Source: a virus
Taxonomy: Duplodnaviria; Heunggongvirae; Uroviricota; Caudoviricetes
Virus record (IMG/VR): IMGVR_UViG_2703718872_000032
Strand: one strand, 5' to 3'
DNA length: 25,173 bases
Shown here: one piece after another, positions 16,184-25,173 of the stretch
Numbering within the stretch: position 1 is the first letter of the stretch
Layout of the letters: the number at the start of each line of letters is the position of its first letter
Position numbers and translations under genes: made by a program
Notes under the pieces: model-generated
Told to the model about the DNA's origin: nothing
The model's input: only the letters and a program-made list of their open reading frames with translations
The model's database searches: none

Positions 16184-16339
16184 ATGAAGCAGCAAAAGGC
16201 GATGTTAATCGCCCTGATCGTCATCTGTTTAACCGTCATAGTGACGGCACTGGTAACGAGGAAAGACCTCTGCGAGGTACGAATCCGAACCGGCCAGACG
16301 GAGGTCGCTGTCTTCACAGCTTACGAACCTGAGGAGTAA
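16184..16339 (+). CDS. hokD: Hok/Gef-family type I toxin (51 aa)
   Basis: MKQQKAMLIALIVICLTVIVTALVTRKDLCEVRIRTGQTEVAVFTAYEPEE matches HokD (RelF) as I recall it. An in-frame upstream ATG at 16127 gives the 70-aa track ORF. Confidence 0.8.
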   Translation: MKQQKAMLIALIVICLTVIVTALVTRKDLCEVRIRTGQTEVAVFTAYEPEE

Positions 16340-16409
16340 GAGACCCGGCGAGGGAGAAATCCCTCGCCACCTCTGATGTGGCAGGCATCCTCAACGCACC
16401 CGCACTTAA

Positions 16410-16436
16410 CCCGCTTCGGCGGGTTTTTGTTTTTAT
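16410..16436 (+). terminator. Rho-independent terminator downstream of hok
   Basis: cccgc-ttcg-gcggg hairpin followed by tttttgtttttatttt. Confidence 0.65.
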
Positions 16437-16555
16437 TTTCAACGCGTTTGAAGTTCTGGACGGTGCCGGAATAGAATCAAAAATACTTAAGTAGCGCGCA
16501 GGGATAAGAGGGATGGTCCCTTAAAGGGGAGAGCTAATTATCCGGAAGGATTCTG

Positions 16556-16807
16556 ATGATGAACATCGAAGAACTGCGTAAAATTTTTTGTGAAGATGGC
16601 CTCTATGCTGTGTGCGTTGAAAATGGAAATCTTGTTAGTCATTACCGCATTATGTGTTTGCGAAAGAATGGGGCTGCGTTAATTAATTTTGTGGATGGTC
16701 GAGTGACAGACGGATTTATCTTGCGCGAAGGTGAGTTTGTCACTTCATTACAGGCACTGAAAGAGATCGGAATAAAAGCAGGCTTTTCAGCTTTTGCAGA
16801 AGAATAA
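16556..16807 (+). CDS. rem: Rem-like small protein (83 aa)
   Basis: ORF with GGAAGGA RBS. Position between hok and ydfU as in Qin. Sequence identity recalled only approximately. Confidence 0.6.
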   Translation: MMNIEELRKIFCEDGLYAVCVENGNLVSHYRIMCLRKNGAALINFVDGRVTDGFILREGEFVTSLQALKEIGIKAGFSAFAEE

Positions 16808-16873
16808 ACTCATCTACAATCTTGCGCGGGGCTGAACTCCCGCTGAGTAACACCGTGCCACCGGAGAAAACCG

Positions 16874-17152
16874 ATGGCACGCAACGTAAAATATTACAAT
16901 TCTGATAATTCGCCCGTTCTTGTCTGCACGCACGAGCGGTATTCTCACGCATTCAAGTCTGAATGGTTCCAACACCCTCCATGCACTGAAGAGCAGGCTG
17001 AATGGATAATTCAGTGTTACCGCAGGCGCGGATACGAGGTTAAGAAAGCCCTTAGCCTCGACTACCGTCACTGGATAATCTCAGTCAGATTGCCTTACTC
17101 CGAACGCCCACCACGTGCGTCCCGCACTTTCCAGCAACGGATCTGGAGGTAA
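16874..17152 (+). CDS. Hypothetical protein (92 aa), translationally coupled to ydfU
   Basis: GGAGA RBS before the ATG. Stop at 17152, one nucleotide before the ydfU GTG start. Confidence 0.5.
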   Translation: MARNVKYYNSDNSPVLVCTHERYSHAFKSEWFQHPPCTEEQAEWIIQCYRRRGYEVKKALSLDYRHWIISVRLPYSERPPRASRTFQQRIWR

Positions 17153-17153
17153 C

Positions 17154-18203
17154 GTGCGGGTATTACTTAGACCTGTTCTGGTGCCTGAGCTTGGGCTGGT
17201 GGTCCTTAAGCCGGGCCGTGAATCCATACAGATATTTCATAATCCTCGAGTGCTGGTGGAACCGGAACCAAAAAGCATGCGTAATCTGCCATCCGGAGTC
17301 GTTCCTGCCGTTCGCCAGCCGCTGGCGGAAGACAAAACATTGCTGCCGTTTTTTAGTAACGAACGGGTGATTCGTGCTGCTGGCGGTGTTGGCGCATTGT
17401 CTGACTGGCTATTACGTCATGTTACATCCTGCCAGTGGCCTAATGGCGATTACCATCACTCTGAAACAGTCATTCACCGTTATGGTACCGGCGCAATGGT
17501 GTTGTGTTGGCACTGCGACAACCAACTGCGTGACCAGACATCGGAATCACTGGAGCTGCTTGCTCAACAAAATCTGACAGCATGGGTGATTGACGTCATC
17601 CGTCACGCAATAAGCGGTACGCAGGAGCGGGAATTATCTTTGGCTGAATTATCCTGGTGGGCGGTCTGCAATCAGGTGGTGGATGCACTACCTGAGGCTG
17701 TATCGCGTCGTTCGCTGGGATTACCAGCGGAAAAAATCTGCTCGGTGTACCGCGAAAGCGACATCGTACCGGGAGAGCAGACCGCCACCAGCATATTGAA
17801 ACAACGCACAAAAAATCTTGCACCGTTGCCTTACGCCCACCAGCAACAAAAAACACCACAGGAAAAGACGGTGGTAAGCATCACCGTTGATCCAGAGTCT
17901 CCGGAATCTTTCATGAAGCTGCCTAAACGTCGCCGCTGGGTTAAGGAGAAATACACACGTTGGGTTAAGACACAGCCGTGTGCTTGCTGCGGTATGCCAG
18001 CCGACGATCCGCATCATCTGATTGGTCACGGGCAGGGCGGAATGGGAACAAAAGCACATGATCTCTTTGTGTTGCCTTTGTGCAGAAAGCATCACAACGA
18101 GCTGCATACGGATACAGTGGCATTTGAAGAGAAGTATGGCTCCCAACTGGAGCTGATATTTCGTTTTATCGATCGCGCGCTGGCAATTGGCGTACTGGCG
18201 TAA
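17154..18203 (+). CDS. ydfU: YdfU-family protein (DUF968-like, 349 aa), C-terminal Cys/His cluster
   Basis: GTG start at 17154 preceded by GGAGGT. C-terminus CACCGMPADDPHHLIGHG...CRKHHNELH. Length and position match ydfU upstream of Q. Confidence 0.75.
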   Translation: MRVLLRPVLVPELGLVVLKPGRESIQIFHNPRVLVEPEPKSMRNLPSGVVPAVRQPLAEDKTLLPFFSNERVIRAAGGVGALSDWLLRHVTSCQWPNGDYHHSETVIHRYGTGAMVLCWHCDNQLRDQTSESLELLAQQNLTAWVIDVIRHAISGTQERELSLAELSWWAVCNQVVDALPEAVSRRSLGLPAEKICSVYRESDIVPGEQTATSILKQRTKNLAPLPYAHQQQKTPQEKTVVSITVDPESPESFMKLPKRRRWVKEKYTRWVKTQPCACCGMPADDPHHLIGHGQGGMGTKAHDLFVLPLCRKHHNELHTDTVAFEEKYGSQLELIFRFIDRALAIGVLA

Positions 18204-18216
18204 GTGGAGAACGAGC

Positions 18217-18969
18217 ATGAACCTTGAAGCCTTACCAAAATATTACTCCCCAAAATCTCCAAAATTGAGCGATGACGCTCCAGCGACAGGCACCGGTTGT
18301 TTAACAATTACGGATGTAATGGCAGCGCAGGGGATGGTGCAGTCGAAAGCACCACTTGGGTTGGCCTTATTTCTGGCAAAAGTTGGTGTTCAGGACGCTC
18401 AGTTTGCGATTGAAGGCCTGCTAAATTACGCGATGGCACTGGATAACCCGACATTGAACAAATTGAGTGAAGAAATCCGGTTACAGATTATTCCTTACCT
18501 CGTGAATTTTGCCTTTGCTGATTACTCCAGGTCTGCGGCAAGTAAGGCTCGCTGTGAGCATTGTTCAGGTACGGGATTTTATAATGTATTGCGCGAAGTG
18601 GTGAAACACTACAGACGCGGGGAATCTGTAATCAAGGAAGAATGGGTGAAGGAACTATGTCAGCATTGCCATGGTAAGGGCGAAGTCAGCACAGCGTGCA
18701 GAGGGTGTAAGGGTAAAGGGATTGTTCTGGATGAAAAAAGAACCCGGTTTCATGGCGTACCGGTATATAAGATTTGTGGGCGTTGTAATGGAAACCGGTT
18801 TAGTCGTTTACCGACCACGCTGGCACGACGTCATGTCCAGAAGCTGGTACCAGACCTGACCGATTATCAGTGGTATAAGGGGTATGCGGACGTCATTGGT
18901 AAACTGGTAACAAAGTGCTGGCAGGAAGAAGCATACGCGGAAGCGCAATTGAGGAAGGTGACGAGATAA
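18217..18969 (+). CDS. quuQ: Late-gene antiterminator Q (250 aa)
   Basis: Start [16 protein letters not shown] with GGAGA RBS. Zn-finger-like CEHCSGTG...CQHCHGKG...CRGCKGKG. Position immediately before the late promoter and lysis genes. Confidence 0.85.
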   Translation: MNLEALPKYYSPKSPKLSDDAPATGTGCLTITDVMAAQGMVQSKAPLGLALFLAKVGVQDAQFAIEGLLNYAMALDNPTLNKLSEEIRLQIIPYLVNFAFADYSRSAASKARCEHCSGTGFYNVLREVVKHYRRGESVIKEEWVKELCQHCHGKGEVSTACRGCKGKGIVLDEKRTRFHGVPVYKICGRCNGNRFSRLPTTLARRHVQKLVPDLTDYQWYKGYADVIGKLVTKCWQEEAYAEAQLRKVTR

Positions 18970-19000
18970 ATGATTTTTGCTGAAGATGGCGACATGATGT

Positions 19001-19029
19001 TTGCATTTTTCAAAAAACATGGATAAGAT
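19001..19029 (+). promoter_or_regulatory. Candidate late promoter PR' (TTGCAT, 17-nt spacer, TAAGAT)
   Basis: Sigma70-like hexamers about 30 nt after the Q stop; canonical location of the Q-dependent late promoter. Confidence 0.4.
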
Positions 19030-19076
19030 TTTCTCAACGATGGGCTTTGTGTATCCGACGTTTAGAAAAAAGTAGA

Positions 19077-19103
19077 AAACCCGCTTATAAGCGGGTTTTT
19101 GTG
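19077..19103 (+). terminator. Rho-independent terminator (candidate tR')
   Basis: cccgctt-at-aagcggg hairpin followed by tttttgtgcttt. Confidence 0.6.
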
Positions 19104-19644
19104 CTTTAAATGGGGCAATAGAGATATTGAATCTCATCCCGGGATAAACATTGGCAGTTGAAGGTCCACGCGAACCATTTATCCAGCAAAATTCCACGCG
19201 TAATCCTGTGGTAATTTCTTCTGCATCTCGAAGATTGAGAGCTGAAACGTGAAGCTGGGCATCGATACGCCATCGGATGGGAATATAAGACCTTTGCTGC
19301 TTTTGTAGTCAAAGTTTTTGACAATTCCTGTCATTTTAGGGGACAGAAAAACTCCTTAATACTGATAACCTGGTGCACCATACACACGTTCCTGGAGAAA
19401 ACTACTTTTTTGATAGGGTTGAAGGTGGCTGGATGTCTAAAATAAACATTGCTTCATATGTTCAACTATGAGTTAATGACTGTGTCGGTTTGAAGAACAG
19501 ACGATATACGAAGTAGTTTACTAAAGCAGTTCTCATTTCAGGTGTTATTCACTTATTCCTTCTTTGAGTCTCTCCAATTAAGTACGAAGTCGTTTCTGTT
19601 ATGCAAACCATTTATGCCGAAAGGCTCAAGTTAAGGAATGTAGA

Positions 19645-19860
19645 ATGTCAAATAAAATGACTGGTTTAGTAAAATGGTTTAACGCTGATAAAGGTTTCGG
19701 CTTTATTTCTCCTGTTGATGGTAGTAAAGATGTGTTTGTGCATTTTTCTGCGATTCAGAATGATAATTATCGAACCTTATTTGAAGGTCAAAAGGTTACC
19801 TTCTCTATAGAGAGTGGTGCTAAAGGTCCTGCAGCAGCAAATGTCATCATTACTGATTAA
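19645..19860 (+). CDS. cspB: Cold-shock protein, CspA family (71 aa), CspB-like
   Basis: [38 protein letters not shown]... with RNP1/RNP2 motifs. Long upstream 5' UTR. Confidence 0.85.
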   Translation: MSNKMTGLVKWFNADKGFGFISPVDGSKDVFVHFSAIQNDNYRTLFEGQKVTFSIESGAKGPAAANVIITD

Positions 19861-20144
19861 AATTCATCGCTCGTCTGTATACGATAACGAAGAAGGCTGA
19901 TGCCTGAGTAGAGATACGGACAGAGTAGTGAATATTGGATCTCTTTAATAAAAAGTAAGGAGGTCCAATACATGAAACAATGGCCAGCATATTTGGCAAA
20001 ATCTTAATCAGGAAAAGTATGCTAACCATTGTGGTGAAGTGCAGGTTTGCTGCATGAATAGTTTCACAGCAGAAGCTAACTGCTGGCATCGCAAAACAAA
20101 GTGCGTAAGTGGATGACTCCCACAAAAAGCACCACAATCTCAAA

Positions 20145-20166
20145 CCCGCTCAGGCGGGTTTTTTAT
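20145..20166 (+). terminator. Rho-independent terminator
   Basis: cccgc-tcag-gcggg hairpin followed by ttttttat. Confidence 0.6.
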
Positions 20167-20223
20167 TATCTGCTTTAAATATATTATTAAAATATAAAAA
20201 ATACTTGTTACTAATAAAATCAA

Positions 20224-20394
20224 TCAGGCTACAGCTTTAAGATTTGTCTGGAATACTTTGTTGCAATGAGGGCAGATCAAAAGGGCACCTTTTTGTACTC
20301 TTGAAAAACTGTGTTCTGACTCTTGGGTGCAGTTTGGGCAGGAACATTTAACGAGATAATTACGGCGTGATTTTGAGTCTTTACGTTCTGACAT
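20224..20394 (-). CDS. Small zinc-ribbon protein (56 aa)
   Basis: MSERKDSKSRRNYLVKCSCPNCTQESEHSFSRVQKGALLICPHCNKVFQTNLKAVA, with two CxxC pairs. AGGAAA RBS. A related frame lacking a start codon exists at 22778..22942. Confidence 0.5.
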   Translation of the reverse strand: MSERKDSKSRRNYLVKCSCPNCTQESEHSFSRVQKGALLICPHCNKVFQTNLKAVA

Positions 20395-20613
20395 AGGCTT
20401 TTCCTGTATAAATGGCCGTATACAGTACACTAAATATGAAAACATTTCTCGTATTATTATTTTATATATGACTTTCTTTCAAAATAATTACCCACATTTT
20501 TAATGTGTATGTTTTTTTAGCGCCGTTGAGAACAACGTGTGCTGTCAAAACTACCCCGTAGACTCCGATCTTTTCAAACATATTGCACCATCCGTGTACA
20601 TCGGGGTGAGGAT

Positions 20614-20829
20614 ATGAAATCAATGGATAAGTTAACAACAGGTGTTGCCTATGGCACATCGGCGGGTAATGCTGGTTTCTGGGCATTGCAGTTACTCGAT
20701 AAAGTAACTCCGTCACAGTGGGCTGCAATCGGTGTGCTGGGTAGCCTGGTTTTTGGCCTGCTGACGTATCTGACAAATCTTTATTTCAAGATTAAAGAAG
20801 ACAGGCGTAAGGCTGCGAGAGGAGAATAA
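20614..20829 (+). CDS. essQ: Phage 21-type pinholin S (71 aa) with dual-start motif
   Basis: [71 protein letters not shown] closely resembles S21 as I recall it. Met1/Met4 dual start. Confidence 0.9.
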   Translation: MKSMDKLTTGVAYGTSAGNAGFWALQLLDKVTPSQWAAIGVLGSLVFGLLTYLTNLYFKIKEDRRKAARGE

Positions 20830-21140
20830 TCCAATGACTCAAGACTATGAACTGGTTGTGAAAGGAGTCCGTAATTTTGAGAATAAAGTTACGGTAACTG
20901 TAGCCTTACAGGACAAAGAACGCTTTGACGGTGAAATTTTTGGCCTGGATGTCGCCATGGACCGTGTTGAAGGAGCTACGCTGGAGTTTTATGAGGCAGC
21001 AGCCAGAATGAGCGTCCGGCAAGTCTTCCTGGAAGTAGCAGAAAAATTGTCAGAAAAGTTGAGTCTTATCTGCAGCATCAGTACTCCTTTAAGATTGAAA
21101 ATCCTGCCAATAAGCACGAGCGTCCTCATCATAAATATCT

Positions 21141-22168
<1,028 letters not shown>

Positions 22169-22530
22169 GGTAATATTAAATCGGAACATTTACATCGCGG
22201 AATGTAAAATTTAAATAAAAAGGACTCTTCCATGAGCCAAAATTCCTGAAATCTTAAGGGTAAGATAAAAGGTCTTAATCAGAATGACACGTTTTATTAA
22301 TAAATAAAGCTATTCTTTCATTGCTGTGTTTTTCTTTACAAAAGTAATCCTTGCTATGGGTGGTTAATCATGCGTTAATGGTGTTCTGGTTTGTTACAAA
22401 TTTATCTGAAGCAGTCATTGTTATAATTTTATTATTTGTACCTCTTGAGATTTCCTTGTTGGTTTTTCTCTCTGATATTTTTTTTCGGACCATTCTGCCC
22501 AAGGGCTAATTTCTTCAAAAGGTAATAATT

Positions 22531-22743
22531 ATGTCTAACAAAATGACTGGTTTAGTAAAATGGTTTAACCCTGAAAAAGGTTTTGGTTTCATCACGCCGA
22601 AAGATGGCAGCAAAGATGTGTTTGTCCATTTCTCAGCAATTCAGAGCAACGATTTCAAAACATTAACTGAGAATCAGGAAGTTGAATTTGGTATTGAGAA
22701 CGGACCTAAAGGTCCTGCCGCTGTTCATGTAGTGGCGCTTTGA
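22531..22743 (+). CDS. cspI: Cold-shock protein, CspA family (70 aa), CspI-like
   Basis: [70 protein letters not shown]. Confidence 0.85.
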   Translation: MSNKMTGLVKWFNPEKGFGFITPKDGSKDVFVHFSAIQSNDFKTLTENQEVEFGIENGPKGPAAVHVVAL

Positions 22744-22950
22744 GGTAGACAATATTACAAACCATATTCACTTTAGATGCCCGTGTTGTCATGGTTCCCA
22801 GTATAGAACATCATCTTTTGATGTTTCTGACATGAATCCTTTCGGGGCAAAATGTATCTTTTGTAAATCAATGATGATTACATTTGATAATATTTCACAA
22901 TACTTAAATGCTAGCCGTCTGTCGTTGGATTTAAAAAAGTGAAAATGAAG

Positions 22951-22969
22951 GCTCCTTCGGGAGCTTTTT
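22951..22969 (+). terminator. Rho-independent terminator
   Basis: gctcc-ttcg-ggagc hairpin followed by ttttt. Confidence 0.55.
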
Positions 22970-23014
22970 GGCTTGGTGTCTATTCGATGGATACTCACAT
23001 ACTACGGTAACATC

Positions 23015-23245
23015 ATGAAAAAAATCATAGTTTTTTTTAACTCTGAACCAGCAGTGGTAGTGCCAGCGATGACTGGAGTTAACACCATCATGCGTGAATA
23101 TCCAAATGGCGAAAAAACACACCTTACTGTAATGGCCGCAGGGTTTCCATCTCTGACCGGAGATCATAAAGTCATTTATGTAGCCGCGGATCGACATGTT
23201 ACTTCAGAAGAAATTCTGGAAGCAGCAATAAGGCTCTTGAGTTGA
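23015..23245 (+). CDS. Hypothetical small protein (76 aa), YnfN-position
   Basis: Internal start MKKIIVFFNSEPAVVVPAMTG of track ORF 22973..23245. Lies between cspI and gnsB. Confidence 0.45.
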   Translation: MKKIIVFFNSEPAVVVPAMTGVNTIMREYPNGEKTHLTVMAAGFPSLTGDHKVIYVAADRHVTSEEILEAAIRLLS

Positions 23246-23416
23246 TTTGATGCTATTGCATTGATAATTCAGGAAAATTCTCTTTGTCTGTTTGTGTAAA
23301 ATTTAGACTATCGTATGTTGATTATTGCGATGTTTCATCTTATCTTTTACACGTTTGCACCATATAATCGACTTACTGTGTAACTGGAAAGTCATAACAG
23401 ACTAAAAGAGGAAATG

Positions 23417-23590
23417 ATGAATATTGAAAACTTAAAAACAAAAGCAGAAGCAGATATTTCTGAATATATAACAAAAAAAATTATTGAACTTAAGAAAAAG
23501 ACCGGGAAAGAAGTTACCAGTATTCAGTTTACCGCACGGGAAAAAATGACGGGTCTTGAAAGCTATGATGTCAAGATTAATTTAATCTGA
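23417..23590 (+). CDS. gnsB: GnsA/GnsB-family protein (57 aa); below the track's length cutoff
   Basis: Hand-translated: MNIENLKTKAEADISEYITKKIIELKKKTGKEVTSIQFTAREKMTGLESYDVKINLI. AAGAGGA RBS. Confidence 0.7.
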   Translation: MNIENLKTKAEADISEYITKKIIELKKKTGKEVTSIQFTAREKMTGLESYDVKINLI

Positions 23591-23741
23591 TGTATTCAAT
23601 AATAAAATTTATCCATAAACCTCGTTTTTACGGGGTTTTGTTATATTTGAATGGTTCCGAATATCTAAATCACAATTGTTGATGGTTTTTATTAAACCAA
23701 TGCAGTCCGGCTCAGGAGTGAGAGAAGCCGGACGTTATGGT

Positions 23742-24152
23742 TTAGCGTGGTAAGATCTGTGTAGTTTTCTGGATGCTTTCAGTAAATAGTAATGAATTAT
23801 CAAAGGTATAGTAATATCTTTTTTGTTCGTGGATATTTGTAACCCACCGAAAAACTCCTGCTTTAGCAAGGTTTCTTCTGTATTCCTGAAATGTGATCTC
23901 TCTGGATTTCAGCTTATTAGAGGTCGTTTCTATAAGATGCCTATCCTTTGAAAATTTGACAGACACAATGTTTTTTAGGCCCTTTAATAACACTGTATTA
24001 TCATTTTTTAATACAATATGAACATTCTCTGTGGCTAAATAGTAAATGTAATGTGAGACATTGTGACGTTTTAGCTCAGAATAAAACCATTGATAGTTTA
24101 AATCGTTTCGAACTTTATCAAATATTTGTTTAAAAATGACTACCTGATCCAT
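23742..24152 (-). CDS. ydfO: YdfO-family protein (DUF1398-like, 136 aa)
   Basis: Internal start [31 protein letters not shown] matches YdfO as I recall it. Confidence 0.75.
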
Positions 24153-24209
24153 AGATAAACCTTCCATGTGATATGAGGGGGCGTAGTCTGCACGATTATC
24201 TAAATTGCT

Positions 24210-24443
24210 TCAATCTGGTCTGACCTGTTTTCTGAGCAATTCAGTAATGTCACTCTTTTCTTTGTTTGCTTCAGAAGAAACTCTTTTTTCTGAGCACAGT
24301 CTCCGGCGGCAGGCTTCAATGACCCAGGCTGAGAAATTCCCGGACCCTTTTTGCTCAAGAGCGATGTTAATTTGTTCAATCATTTGGTTAGGAAAGCGGA
24401 TGTTGCGGGTTGTTGTTCTGCGGGTTCTGTTCTTCGTTGACAT
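24210..24443 (-). CDS. ynfO: YnfO-like small protein with ribbon-helix-helix-like region (77 aa)
   Basis: MSTKNRTRRTTTRNIRFPNQMIEQINIALEQKGSGNFSAWVIEACRRRL... Confidence 0.65.
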   Translation of the reverse strand: MSTKNRTRRTTTRNIRFPNQMIEQINIALEQKGSGNFSAWVIEACRRRLCSEKRVSSEANKEKSDITELLRKQVRPD

Positions 24444-24599
24444 GAGGTTGCCCCGTATTCAGTGTCGCTGATTTGTATTGTCTGAAGTTGTTTTTACGTT
24501 AAGTTGATGCGGATCAATTAATACGATATCTGCGTCATAATTGATTGTTTGACGTGGTTTGATGGCGTAGATGCACGTTGTGACATGCAGATGATAATT

Positions 24600-24831
24600 A
24601 TTATCATTTTGCGGGTCCTTTCCGGCGATCCGACAGGTTACGGGGCGGCGACCTCGCGGGTTTTCGCTATTTATGAAAATTTTCCGGTTTAAGGCGTTTC
24701 CGTTCTTCTTCGTTGTAACTTAATGTTTTTATTTAAAATACCCCCTGAAAAGAAAGGAAACGACAGGTGCTGAAAACGAGCTTTTGGGCCTCTGTCGTTT
24801 CCTTTCTCTGTTTTTGGCCGTGGAATGAACA
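24600..24831 (+). other. Lambda-type cos region: cosQ, cosN (12-nt cohesive end GGGCGGCGACCT at 24643..24654) and cosB
   Basis: Sequence tccggcgatccgacaggttacg / gggcggcgacctcgcgggttttcgctatttatgaaaattttccggtttaaggcg matches the junction of lambda's right and left ends as I recall them, with a few substitutions. Confidence 0.85.
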
Positions 24832-25173
24832 ATGGAAGTCAACAAAAAGCAGCTGGCTGACATTTTCGGTGCGAGTATCCGTACCATTCAGAACTGGCAG
24901 GAACAGGGAATGCCCGTTCTGCGAGGCGGTGGCAAGGGTAATGAGGTGCTTTATGACTCTGCCGCCGTTATAAGATGGTATGCCGAAAGGGATGCTGAAA
25001 TTGAGAACGAAAAGCTGCGCCGGGAAGTTGAAGAACTGCGGCAGGCCAGCGAGGCAGATCTCCAGCCAGGGACTATTGAGTACGAACGCCATCGACTTAC
25101 GCGTGCGCAGGCCGACGCACAGGAACTGAAGAATGCCAGAGACTCCGCTGAAGTGGTGGAAACCGCATTCTGT
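24832..25173 (+). CDS. nu1: Terminase small subunit Nu1 (5' partial, runs off window)
   Basis: Hand-translated: [71 protein letters not shown]... Essentially lambda Nu1. Absent from the track because no stop codon lies inside the window. Confidence 0.9.
   Translation, partial: MEVNKKQLADIFGASIRTIQNWQEQGMPVLRGGGKGNEVLYDSAAVIRWYAERDAEIENEKLRREVEELRQASEADLQPGTIEYERHRLTRAQADAQELKNARDSAEVVETAFC

Noticed and set aside
17374-18307. ORFs nested in or antisense to ydfU and the Q start (17374..17577, 17596..17859, 17721..18218, 18092..18307)
   Set aside because: They are contained within well-supported genes on the opposite strand or in another frame, and are Cys/Arg-rich artefacts.
19106-19324. 72-aa minus-strand ORF between the Q terminator and cspB
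   Set aside because: No RBS, protein-unlike composition, and it lies in the expected csp promoter/5' UTR region.
24733-25092. 119-aa minus-strand ORF across cos and nu1
   Set aside because: It is antisense to the highly conserved cosB region and Nu1 start, and has no RBS.

Overview
The window is about 1.1 kb of chromosomal flank (an rspB-like alcohol dehydrogenase and the 5' stub of a ydfJ-like transporter gene) followed by roughly 24 kb of a lambdoid, Qin/phage-21-like prophage that runs off the right edge. Gene order, left to right: integrase and excisionase-like gene (minus strand); a full-length YdfE-type exonuclease; ydfD, dicB and the DicF sRNA; ydfA; the dicA/dicC immunity switch with repeated operators; a YdaT-like gene and an O-like replication initiator carrying five 23-bp iterons; a cargo island (9.9-15.7 kb); hok, rem, ydfU and antiterminator Q; a cspB-like gene; the lysis cassette (pinholin, SAR endolysin, Rz/Rz1); a cspI-like gene, gnsB, ydfO, ynfO; and a lambda-type cos site with the start of nu1. 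The most interesting part is the cargo island: a 200-aa FimB/FimE-like tyrosine recombinase sits in an integron-like array of three cassettes bounded by related att-like sites (exact 18-mer TGTGCCAGGAGCGGACGT at 9900 and 12452, degenerate copies near 14000 and 15700). A decayed duplicate of the recombinase 3' end follows cassette 2. The cassettes carry an SDR oxidoreductase with a WYL-domain regulator, and two AT-rich proteins of unknown function (373 and 417 aa) that are candidate phage-defence or exclusion genes. All identifications come from reading the sequence and from recalled protein sequences; no database search was run.
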